The translations under genes were made by a program, and so were the position numbers. From Tubiluchus corallicola (Eukaryota; Animalia; Priapulida), in contig JAQGDQ010001116.1 of NCBI GenBank assembly GCA_030141605.1, positions 1-61,701 of the forward strand: a DNA stretch of 61,701 bases, given 5' to 3'. The notes below the pieces were generated by a model. It searched no databases. It was not told the DNA's origin and was given only the letters and a program-made list of their open reading frames with translations. Positions 49,801 to 60,155 of the stretch are shown here, one piece after another; the stretch's first letter is position 1; each line of letters starts with the position of its first letter.

Positions 49801-52800
49801 CACAAATAGACACAGACAACGATCCTTTTGTAGATGAAGCCGGTTGGGATGTAATTTACTATCATATAGGGGTATGTATAATGCATAACGCAACATCTAA
49901 TTAAGAAACGACTCGTAAAACAAAGAGTTAGTGGGAAGTGAATGGGTACTGTGTAATTAACACAAGGTAAATAGTAAAGCATAAATTCTTATAGTTAGGT
50001 TTTTTGGTTTTGGATTTCTATATTAATATTTTATGAGATATAAGCAGTTGCTGGCTGGTTATTGCATGGCCTACTCATTTTATTCATTTAGCTGTTAATT
50101 ATTCGATTAGTGTAATTGTTGTTTTTGGTTTGTTAAACAAAATTTTGTTCAAGTTTATTTATTTATCCATTGATTTATGTATCACCTAAAACGCTTGATC
50201 GGTGTCCCGATTGAACTATAGTAAGCTTAGCACTTGTTTGACGTATTAGTCTTTCTGTCGACCTGCTAATGACTCAGTAACTTAATAGTTTCAACAACAA
50301 GGGATAATCTAGTCTCTTGGTCGACCTGCTAATGCCTCAGTAACATAATAGTTTCAACAACAAGGGATAATCTAGTCTCTTGGTCGACCTGCTAATGCCT
50401 CAGTAACTTAATAGTTTCAATAACAAGAGATAATCTAGTCTCTTCGTCGACCAGCTAATGCCTCAGTAACATAATAGTTTCAACAACAAGGGATAATCTA
50501 GTCTCTTCGTCGACCAGCTAATGCCTCAGTAACATAATAGTTTCAACAACAAGGGATAATCTAGTCTCTTCGTCGACCAGCTAATGCCTCAGTAACATAA
50601 TAGTTTCAATAACAAGAGATAATCTAATCTCTCGGTCGACCTGTTAAAACCTCAGTAACATAACAGTTTCAACAACAAGGGATAATCTAGTCCCTCGGTC
50701 GACCCGTTAATGACTCAGTAACTTAATAGTTTCAACAAGGGATAATCTAGTCTCTTCCTCTACCTGTTAATGACTGCTAAGGGCTGACAGCTACGGAGGG
50801 AGGGGCGGTTCTCACGGTGTTACTCCTTTAGTCATCAAGCATCGATTATGTCTTCGTTCATAAATAACAAAAGAGTTAAGCCTAGGTTTAACGATATATT
50901 TTGCCATGATAATTTTAACATATTAGGCTGGGTTATAATACAATACAAACAGGTAAGAATTCATAACGTTAACTACTTCATAAATACTCAGACCGTGGCG
51001 CCACGTAATGGGGAAAATAGTGTACAGACCGTGGCGCCACGTAATGGGGAAAATAGTATACAGACCGTGGCGCCACATAATGGGGAAAATAGTATACAGA
51101 CCGTGGCGCCACGTAATGGGGAAAATAGTGTACAGACTGTGGCGCCACGTAATGGGGAAAATAGTATACAGACCGTGGCGCCACGTAATGGGGAAAATAG
51201 TATACAGACCGTGGCGCCACGTAATGGGGAAAATAGTATACAGACCGTGGCGCCACGTAATGGGGAAAATAGTGTACAGACCGTGGCGCCACGTAATGGG
51301 GAAAATAGTATACAGACCGTGGCGCCACATAATGGGGAAAATAGTATACAGACCGTGGCGCCACGTAATGGGGAAAATAGTGTACAGACTGTGGCGCCAC
51401 GTAATGGGGAAAATAGTATACAGACCGTGGCGCCACGTAATGGGGAAAATAGTATACAGACCGTGGCGCCACGTAATGGGGAAAATAGTATACAGACCGT
51501 GGCGCCACGTAATGGGGAAAATAGTGTACCGGTTGGTCGGTAAGTTTCTCAACAAGTCCTGTTCACCACAAAGAGCAAGAAAGGATCTCCTGGCGACTGG
51601 TATCTGTCGCTCACCACCAGCGTACTCCCATCATTGGTCCTGGGAACTCCAAGCGTCGCTAATGGCTGACTCGTATGGCAATGCTCTCAAGCAACGACTC
51701 TAATAACTCTAAGGCTGACGTCCACCACCACGATCGTCTCACCAGCTGTGGTTATTTAACAGTCCATCAAATACGGCCACTAACCACCATCTCATAGCGG
51801 GTGTACCACGTTCCTCCATAACAATTACACTGCAACTAGTTCTTGCACCTAGCGCTTCATTCATTAGTGTAGTTACGAAACAATAAAGGTTCAAAGCATC
51901 AAACTGCTGACAATCGTTCTACGTTTGTCTGAACTAGGTGAAGGTGAAGGTATTTCAACCACTTTTGACGTGTATATAACTGAACGTTACATAGCCAGGA
52001 CTGACTGTCTATTTTCACACAGGTAACGGTGATCAGATAATAGGTCAGTGTCAAGCAAGTGCTTCATAGAATGAGCGATTACCACTGTAAGGGGGGTATC
52101 TAGAACAAACAACATGTCTGTTACCGTCTAGGTTCCAAGGAGGTAGCTATAAAAGCAGGGTTTCTAAAATGAGGTGGCTACAGAGCAATAACAAAAATGG
52201 TGCAAGGGAAATATACCCCAAACTGATGCCGGTATTGAAAAGAGGCACCATATGGGGCTTCACACGCACCTATAATGAGCACATTCCTGAAAATAAGAGC
52301 CCTTACTTCATTTTAAATGATTACATATCGTAGTGTTGCCATTCGTGTAATTTGCAGATGGAAGGGATGCCACTGGGCATGGGTGATCGCACGATACCAA
52401 ATGAAGCAATTTCTGAAACGCAATCATACTGGGGTGGAGGATATCTCGCCAGATTGCCAGATGTCGGTTTCGGATGGCGTATGTATGCTGGAGCCGTGGT
52501 AACTATACAACTAGGAGGACCTCGAATCATCACTGGAATTGCTACGCACGTATGTTTTTTGCCACAATAGTATTCACACGAGTACTCTCATGAATGTAGG
52601 AATGTTTGGTACAAGCAAATTTGGTACCAGGAAAGTTTGATACTGATTTGGTACTATGAATTTTTAGTACGTGGTACTATGGTAGATGTAAATTTGGTAC
52701 TGTCATTTTAAGTACAAGGAAAATGTGGTACGAGGAAAATATTGTACCAGGATTGTTTAGTACTAAGAAATATTGACACAGAAAAGTTTTGGTACTGGAG

Positions 52801-55800
52801 ATGTGTGGTACGAGGAAAAGATGGTACCAGGATTGTTTAGGACTATAAAATATTGGTACAGAAAAGTTTTAGTACTAGAAGATGTGGTACGAGGAAAATG
52901 TGGTGCCAGGATTGTTTAGGACTATAAAATATTGGTACAGACAAGATTACAACTATATATACCTTCTGAGAAGGAAGCCTATATGTAAGCGATTAAACTT
53001 CTAATTTTACTTGAATCCAAAAACTAGTTTACATCGAGTTAAATGTATACTATGAAACAGGTTTGCAAGGGCAGATCCATGCAACCATGAATATACACTC
53101 TTACTCGAGAAGCGCCATACTGGCGTTGTTCTCCGCATCAATGACGTCATACTAAAACTTTCGCAGTGACGTCATACTAATTTTTTTTCGTTTACCGCAT
53201 CTAGTGGATTCAAGTAGTTGAGGACAAAACTGTGATTTGAACTTAACGGACAAGAAAAGGGGTACCTAAAGTAGGGCTCAGAAAAATCGCCTTAAAAATT
53301 ATATTACATTTTTATGCGCACAGCGTTCTCGTGTTGAAAGGATTTTTTGTTTGTTTTCATTTTAAATCTCCCGCAATACTGTTCTGACGCGCCATTACAT
53401 GACGTCACTGGACAAAAGAAAATCATTTTTAATTATTCTAAATCTAAATTTATGTTGTATATTTATCCTAATTTCATCATACTTTTTTAGTTTTGGATAG
53501 TGCTGCCACCTTCAGGTGCTCTTGTTAAAATTGTTGAACTTTCTCTTTCCTGTTTAAATGTTCATTGGCTTCTACAGTCTTTATGAATGCATAATTTCTA
53601 AACCTGTTTTCACACCTAAATGATTTCACTTGTAGTTCTGGTCACTTGGTTTTCTGATTTTCAATATGACACTACTTCACTGTTTGTGTAGGCATTTCAG
53701 AATAAAATCTTAAAAATAAATCTCAAGTTTTTTTTGGTTTCTTCAAACCAGTCACTACGCAACGTAAATCAGGGCAAGAGAAGGTAATGTTAAATTCTGT
53801 GCCAAAAATTTCCCAAGCAATGTTATATTACTTAGCATTTTGTTTACCTGCTTGAAAGACTTAGGTAACTAGAAAAGAAAAGTATTAATTATTTAAAGTG
53901 CTTTCACCAATTGGTAAAATGTCGCTGACTCGCCCTCCAGGCTGCGCCACTCGCTAACCAAAATCGTATCTTTAATCTTATTGACGAGATACAGTAATTT
54001 AAAATTTTATTTAGTTAGTAACATGCGTGCTACGAATGCTGCGGTCATTTTTCAAACTTTACACAATGTTATCTAAACTGTCATCGTGGGAGTTTAAATT
54101 TACAAGTTTTATATACCGCTACTGCCGACGCAACCACAGCATGCAAAAAAACAGTATGTAAGTGTTATAAAATTTCAAGACGAATTTTTTAGCGTTATGT
54201 AAGTGCAAGGTTTTCTTGTGCTTTAACATTAAAATGGCTTCTGCCGGTTTAAGATAAGAAGTTGCTGTTGGCAATTTTGCTACGTATGGTTGAGAAGGTG
54301 CAACAATAAAATATTAAAAAATGTTCTTCGGCAGCAATAAATCATTCTTTAAAAAGCTGGACTGTTCCTTTAAACATTTACACCTTAGATCGTAATTTTA
54401 TTATTTTTAACATCATTTAATTTCGAACACTCGTGAAAACGGTCTAAAAATGGTTTATTTATTTCTAAGTTTCTATTTTTACTGTTTAAATGGTAATACT
54501 ATTTTAAAGGAAGACCGGACGATTGTTTAGACTTAATCTCATTTTAATTTACTGCCCAAAATATACATTTTCTTTCCTATAAAAGTTAGCAATTGTTTCT
54601 TGTATTTGAATAATTAGCTAAGAAAATCAAGGACAACCGAACACGGCTATTGCTTACGTCAGAAATTAACCACTGTTTGTGCAATGGCAGGCATCTTCAA
54701 TTACGCGTCAAGCACGTTTGCGTAAGTGTTACAGTACTGCTTAAACGCATGCTGTCACGAAAACGGGCTTTACATCATATGACGTCAGAAACTAACACTG
54801 CAGTTCTGATCAAGCTTATCGCGGTACCACCTTCTATTTGTCGGCCATGCGCACGTGACAAAAAGGTGCCACTGCCAATCTTAGTAGATTCACTGAGCCG
54901 CACGTAGCTTTGAAAGTTTAACAAAATTTGAGTATCCGAGGTAATTATTATTTAATTTAAGCTTTGATTTTAGAAAAAAGCTATTGTAGTTTCCGGTATT
55001 TTAGATCATTCTTTATTCTGAACTCGTGAAACAAAAGGCATAGTATCGACTAAAGGATTAACAAGCGACTGAAATTAGATTTTAAAATATTAAATTTTCA
55101 GGGTTGTCACGGATGTGTGTATGACAGGTGGGTTCCACGATACACGTTATCATACAGCAAATCAAGCAATGCATCTTCTTGGCAAGATTATCTTACAAAC
55201 GATGGATCTGCCGTAAGTTGCTGTATGCATATATAGACTACTGATAGTGCAGCTGATAGGTCAAAATTGGCTGTTCCTAGTGGCGGATTTAGGGGGTGGG
55301 TCCAAGGGTCTAACCCCCCTTTCGCAGTAACAGCTACAACACACCAAGTTAATGTTTTCTCTGAATTATAAGCATTAGAACGATTTGCAAAATCCTAAAG
55401 ATGCCTTATATCTGTAAAAATCATATATCACAAGAAAACAGATGAAAATTACGTATCATGTATGCTGTGTAGTTTATACCGATATATTGGTATGTAATTT
55501 TGAATCAAAGGTGAGATGACACCTGTTCTAAATTAGTGAGTTTCCTAGAGATGGTTTCTAGACGGCAGGAAAGTGGTCTAAAATGCAGTAAAATGCATTG
55601 TTGTCCTGGTGGACATTACTGGGGAGCTTACACCACTCCCCAGCCCCCCTAATGGCTTATCTGTTGGGCCCACTGTTGTTCTATAACCTGCATCCGCCCC
55701 TGATTCCTGTACTTCTTTTAATCACTCATGTAATTCTATCATTCTATCAGTATTACCTAAATTATTCACAACCAACGTAAGTTCATGCAGTGATAACAAC

Positions 55801-57932
55801 ACGTATATCTACAACCACTTGGTATAGCCATTTGAATGTAAGAAATAAAGGAGGTAGTCCGTTTTAAAATCTAATGAACGTCTTTAAAACCAAACATTCA
55901 GCTTTTAAAACCTTCTTCGGGTTATTTCTAATAGGGCCTATTTCAGCATATTTCTAATAGGGCCTGTCCCAGGTTATTTTTGATAGGGCCTATTTCAGGC
56001 GATTTCTAATAGGGCCTATTTCATGTTTTTTCTAATAGGGCCTATTTCAGGTTCTTTCTAATAGGGCCTATTTCATGTGCTTTCTAATGGTTCCTTTTTC
56101 AGGCTGTTTCTAATAGGGCTTATTTCAGATAATTTCTAATGGTTCCTTTTTCAGGCTGTTTCTAATAGGGTCTATTTCAGATTATTTCTAATAGGGCCTA
56201 TTTCAGGTTATTTCTGATAGGGCCTATTTCAGGTTATTTCCAAGAGGGCCTATTTCAGGTTATTTCAAATAGGGCCTATTTCAGGTTATTTGTAATAGGG
56301 CCTATTTCAGGATATTTCTAATAGGGCCTATTTCAGGTTATTTCTAATAAGGCCTATTTCAGGTTATTTCTAATAAGGCCTATTTCAGGTTATTTCTAAT
56401 AGGGCCTATTTCATGTTACTTCTAATAGGGCCTATTCCTGGCTGTTTCTAATAGGGCCTATTTCATTTGTACAATGACTTCCAACTCTCAGTGCATTGGG
56501 CTTAATTCTGCTAGCCAACTACAGTTAGAAGCAATAGAGCACTAACATTTCAAACAAATCGACAAAAGTTGAAAAACGTAACGTATGTAGCTTTAACAAG
56601 TAGCAAAGTGTCCGCTTTCTGTCAGGGAGGTCGTAAGTTCGATATTGCAGCCGGATCATAGTATCGACTTTAATATTGATACCTGCTGTTGCCCTGTCTG
56701 ATGCGTGGTATTTATGGTAAAGGCAGGATAATAATAATTTCTCATACGTAGGTGCAGTTTGTTACTTACAATCGGCATGCAGGCTCGTGGCAGGCTTGTA
56801 TTGTTTGTTGAATTTAAAGTCAACTTTAACCAAAGATTATCTTCATCGTCATCATCACCACCACCGCTGCTGAGGCCAACGGCTCCGACTCCTACACCGC
56901 CACCAACCAGGAGCAACCTAGCCTACTAAGCACTAGCTAATATATATATTTGTCATTAATCTAATGATATAGATCTACTGAACTAGTTTAATCGTAAGCA
57001 ATTACTAGATCTACTGAGCTAGTTTAATCACAAGCAATTACTAGATCTACTGAGCTAGTTTAATCGTAAGCAATTACTAGATCTATTGAGCTAGTTTAAT
57101 CGTAAGCAATTACTAGATCTATTGAGCTAGTTTAATCGTAAGCAACTACTAGATCTACTGAGCTAGTTTAATCGTAAGCAATTACTAGATCTACTGAGCT
57201 AGTTTAATCGTACGCAATTACTAGATCTATTGAGCTAGTTTAATCGTAAGCAACTACTAGATCTACTGAGCTAGTTTAATCGTAAGCAATTACTAGATCT
57301 ACTGAGCTAGTTTAATCGTCAATCGTAGAACTTCATGTGACTTTTTTCTCTATTCCATCTTTTTTTGTTCACATGAAGAAGAGCTGCCGTGGTAGTTCGA
57401 AACATCGTGACCTTTCTTTCCTTTTCCTAGGTTTTTAATAGTGGAATTTTTTTATTTGTTACTCATTCTAGTCATTGAGAATTAATCAATGTATTCATAG
57501 GACAGAACATGTTTCCCATTATTTGTGTGTAAAGAGTGTTCGCTGTTCAGTCTCGTGGTAACAGGAAACGGAAATCTTTTATCTCGATTCGATTCCATTC
57601 ATATTTTTATTTCGGTACCTATGAACATATAAAATACAAATACAGTACTAAAATGAAATAAAATACAACGAAACAAAAATTACGAGAGTAAATTTATATG
57701 CGGGTTAGTAAATTAAAAGCTGAATAAATTTCAGAGGCCAATTATGAAATAATTGTATTTATAATTGTAGGTAAAGTTATTTGAAGGCAACTTTGACAGG
57801 GACACGCACGTTTCCCACGAGGTTTTAATGGTGGATGCTTATGCTGTTCGCCTTCACGTGGTTGAAATACATCATGGTAATAATTTAAAAGTTGGATCAA
57901 TAGCCCTGGAATTATACGGCTGTTTTACGTAG
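46656..57932 (+). CDS. Secreted PAN/apple-like plus discoidin (F5/8 type C, FA58C) domain protein; 5 coding exons, 275 aa
   Basis: Join 46656-46846, 49700-49871, 52358-52549, 55102-55212, 57771-57932 = 828 nt. All introns are GT-AG with phases 2/0/0/0 and there is no internal stop. Confidence 0.88.
47150..48240 (+). mobile_element. Interspersed repeat family H, split by a family A MITE (47318 to about 47975)
   Basis: Both flanks match the uninterrupted copy at 58230-58660; family A starts at TTAAAGGACAAG, 47318. Confidence 0.7.
48973..49708 (+). repeat. 54-bp minisatellite (with three 37-bp deleted units) containing the exon 2 splice acceptor
   Basis: Unit CTGAAGTGTATAAAATCAATCATTATTTTCAGCAATCTAGGTTTGTCACGCCAT; 12 TTTTCAG|CA sites. 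Confidence 0.93.
49700..49871 (+). CDS. PAN-FA58C gene, coding exon 2 (PAN-like core)
   Basis: TATTTTCAG|; (S)KLECAYSLLIKFLSANYNSDKKECQYF...AGWDVIYYHIG; donor GGG|GTATGT. Confidence 0.8.
50257..50775. repeat. 63-bp minisatellite, about 8 copies
   Basis: GTCGACC recurs at 50257, 50320, 50383 and onward. Confidence 0.95.
50989..51528. repeat. 36-bp minisatellite, 15 copies, with palindromic core and 7-unit higher-order structure
   Basis: Unit CAGACCGTGGCGCCACGTAATGGGGAAAATAGT(A/G)TA; no unique spacers. Confidence 0.97.
52358..52549 (+). CDS. PAN-FA58C gene, coding exon 3 (FA58C N-terminal half)
   Basis: TTTGCAG|; PLGMGDRTIPNEAIS...YLARL...GW...TIQLGGPRIITGIATH; donor |GTATGT. Confidence 0.92.
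52600..52940. repeat. Degenerate tandem repeat built on (T)GGTAC motifs
   Basis: Recurrent TGTGGTACGAGGAAAA and GTACCAGGATTGTTTAG blocks. Confidence 0.75.
53243..54227 (+). mobile_element. Family A MITE with a nested insertion of about 342 bp (53409-53750)
   Basis: TTAACGGACAAGAAAAGGGG...TTTTCTTGTGCTTTAA; the insert is flanked by a GTCAC(T) duplication. Confidence 0.8.
54504..55030 (+). mobile_element. Kolobok-like MITE family B
   Basis: TTAAAGGAAGACCGGACGATTG start; reverse complement of 13670-14349 and 13100-13125. Confidence 0.8.
55102..55212 (+). CDS. PAN-FA58C gene, coding exon 4
   Basis: TTTTCAG|; GCHGCVYDRWVPRYTLSYSKSSNASSWQDYLTNDGSA; donor |GTAAGT. Matches the FA58C WV..Y.L.YS...W..Y motif. 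Confidence 0.92.
55280..55702. mobile_element. hAT-like MITE
   Basis: TAGTGGCGGATTTAGG...CCTGCATCCGCCCCTG imperfect TIRs; TSD not recognisable. Confidence 0.6.
55920..56465. repeat. 26-bp minisatellite, about 21 copies
   Basis: Unit TTTCTAATAGGGCCTATTTCAGGTTA. Confidence 0.95.
56583..56738 (+). mobile_element. Degenerate tRNA-derived SINE
   Basis: A-box-like TAGCTTTAACAAG and B-box-like GTTCGATAT, a body GACTTTAATATTGATACCTGCTG, and a (TAA)n tail. Confidence 0.55.
56970..57320. repeat. 36-bp minisatellite, about 9.7 copies
   Basis: Unit TAGATCTACTGAGCTAGTTTAATCGTAAGCAATTAC. Confidence 0.95.
57367..57411 (+). ncRNA. Degenerate minimal type I hammerhead ribozyme (Penelope-like pLTR remnant)
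   Basis: TCAC-ATGAAGA-A-GAGCTGCC-GT-GGTAGTTC-GAAAC-ATC-GTGA. Stem I TCAC/GTGA, 8-bp stem II including G-U pairs, and core boxes with two deviations from consensus. Confidence 0.55.
57771..57932 (+). CDS. PAN-FA58C gene, last coding exon
   Basis: TTGTAG|; VKLFEGNFDRDTHVSHEV...AYAVRLHV...IALELYGCFT*, with the FxGNxD and ELYGC FA58C hallmarks. Confidence 0.93.
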   Translation, partial: VKLFEGNFDRDTHVSHEVLMVDAYAVRLHVVEIHHGNNLKVGSIALELYGCFT

Positions 57933-58229
57933 ACAAGCTACATCATTCTAATTGTTTTACTGAACTTTTTCGTAAGCTTACGTGTTGTGGTGCTAAGGTT
58001 ACAAACCCACAATGAAATATCTATGTCAATGCAGTATTTCAGTTATTAACTTCATATCACTTGCTCCTTTAGCACCCTAAGTATATGTTGAATTTCACAT
58101 GGTTTCATGAAATCTCACACTAAGCAGCGATTACATTATATCTAATTTTTGTAGGTTTCTACACCTCACACAGTGGATTCTCAGACAAAATTATATATGA
58201 ATTGCTTTTGCTTGGACAAATTAAAAATT

Positions 58230-58660
58230 GATGTTTTACGAAAAAATTTAAGAAAGCCTTCAGTAACTGCAGTGTTTGCACCGTAACAATGTACAATATC
58301 ACTTGTGTGAAATCAGCTAATGCAGAAAATTTCAGCTATCCACACAAAACACTCTGATAAACTTTACCCTCAAGTCTACTCTATTTTTAAGGAGAAGTTC
58401 CTGTTAAAGGATGAAATGACTTAATTTGTCATTGGCTGATTAATTACTTTTCTCCTAGAATAGCAACAGAACTCTGCACTGTTTGGGCTGTAGCAAGCAG
58501 GTGATTTATAAAATAGTGTGTACGACAACGCAAGTGTACATCAGGCAAAGCTACTCAATAGACTAAGTTGGAGTGAATGGAAAGAGCATGTTTTTCTTTA
58601 TTTTACAAAACTAAATCACTTAAAATATTAAAATAAATAGCATAATTGGATGGCTGATAT
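58230..58660 (+). mobile_element. Interspersed repeat family H, uninterrupted copy
   Basis: Matches 47185-47325 joined to 47975-48235. Confidence 0.7.
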
Positions 58661-58720
58661 TTTCCTGCATAGAACAGTACCAAATTACTAATCATTTAGC
58701 TATGTCTGTGCACATTTTAA

Positions 58721-59162
58721 TAGGGTTATAACTTTTTAACTTTTTGTAAAATATCTGATTTCCTACATTATCAATTGATGAACTTTTGCTTAAAATAATA
58801 AAAATTACCTTAATTCCAGTCAGTATTTAATAATGTCACCCCCAACACAAAATTTCAAAAATTCTATACACGTTTATTGGTACCATGAGTATCTGGAGAC
58901 TTCTAGAATTTTCTAGAACGTTCAGGATGCTTCTAGAAGATTCTGATAATTTCGATAACATTCTAGTGTCTTCTAAAAAATTAACCCTTTAAAATGTTTC
59001 AATATTTTTACTCTATACTTAATATGGTAAATCCAATTTTTGGTTTGGGGTGACCTTTTTTGAAAACAAAATAAAATTAATGCCTTTTTTTTGTTAATTT
59101 TGGGAAAAAGTTCATAGATTTATAACACAGGAACATGGGGTTACAAAAAAGTCATAACCCTG
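58721..59162. mobile_element. MITE with hAT-like TIRs
   Basis: TAGGGTTATAACTTTTT...AAAAAGTCATAACCCTG; internal TTCTAGAA repeats. Confidence 0.6.
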
Positions 59163-59463
59163 CACATACAGTAGCAGAAAGTCAAAGGTTTTACAAGACG
59201 TATTTTGAATGGTGCGTTCCTGAATGAGTTAAGTTTCATTGTGATTTCATGTTATTAATTTTACTATCATATTAATAATATCATTGCTTCTTTTAAGTGT
59301 TACTATGCCTTACAAATTTGCAGAATGTTTGAGATCGTTCGCAGTTTGACGTACAGTAACGATTAGAGAGGAAAAACAGAAGAAATGTTTTACGGGATGT
59401 GACTGCTGTTCATACATCATTGCCTAAATTTGCTAATATCTCGTTGGAAGGTGCTGCCACCTT

Positions 59464-59858
59464 CGTTACCGGATCGTGCGCGCATGCGCAGCAGGTTGCG
59501 TAATTTCCCTGGCATTGTTCTTGGTTTGCGTTGTTCAGAGGCAGATGGTCGGAGGTCACATGCCTTTACGGTGAAAAATTATGTTAATTATATGGTGAAT
59601 AAGTTAGAAATGCGGTGAATAAGTTAGTAATGCGGTGAATTCATGTAGTAAATATAGTGGATACTATAGTAATTACGAAACGTTTATACGGTGATATGAT
59701 TACGTTGTTTAGGAATGACATCGTATCTCTTCATCTGTATTGTAACAATAAAGACGTTTGTGTAATTTGATTCACTGTGTTATGCGTTGAAATTATTTTC
59801 ACCCGTTGAAGGCGTAATAACCACCCCTCAATCCGAATTAATAGCTAGTGCCGTTACA
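59464..59858 (+). mobile_element. Possible solo LTR
   Basis: CGTTACCGG...CCGTTACA ends and an internal AATAAA near 59748; TSD unclear. Confidence 0.35.
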
Positions 59859-60155
59859 CGGGATAATCAGATTTTAAGAACAAGTACATAATAATGTGTT
59901 CCAGTCAATGTTTGTTACATTTTATCGAATATATATGTACTACATATATACAAATTGTGTTATGGGCAAATTACCCATATAATTAGTTTCCCGTTTTGCC
60001 TGAAATTTTTTATTTTTTATTTTCTCACGTGAGGAAGCCACAAACTTGATTGGACAGGTGAGCAAATGACGTCAAACATCTCCGCCTTCGCTGCAACGTT
60101 AGCATGCTCAGCAGCATTCGGGACAACAGCTCCCGCAGGACAACAACTGTCTAAG

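Noticed and set aside
50848-51703. CRISPR-like 36-bp palindromic repeats and four long ORFs
   Set aside because: The units are contiguous with no unique spacers, there are no cas genes, and the array lies in a eukaryotic intron. The ORFs follow from a stop-free unit whose length is divisible by three.
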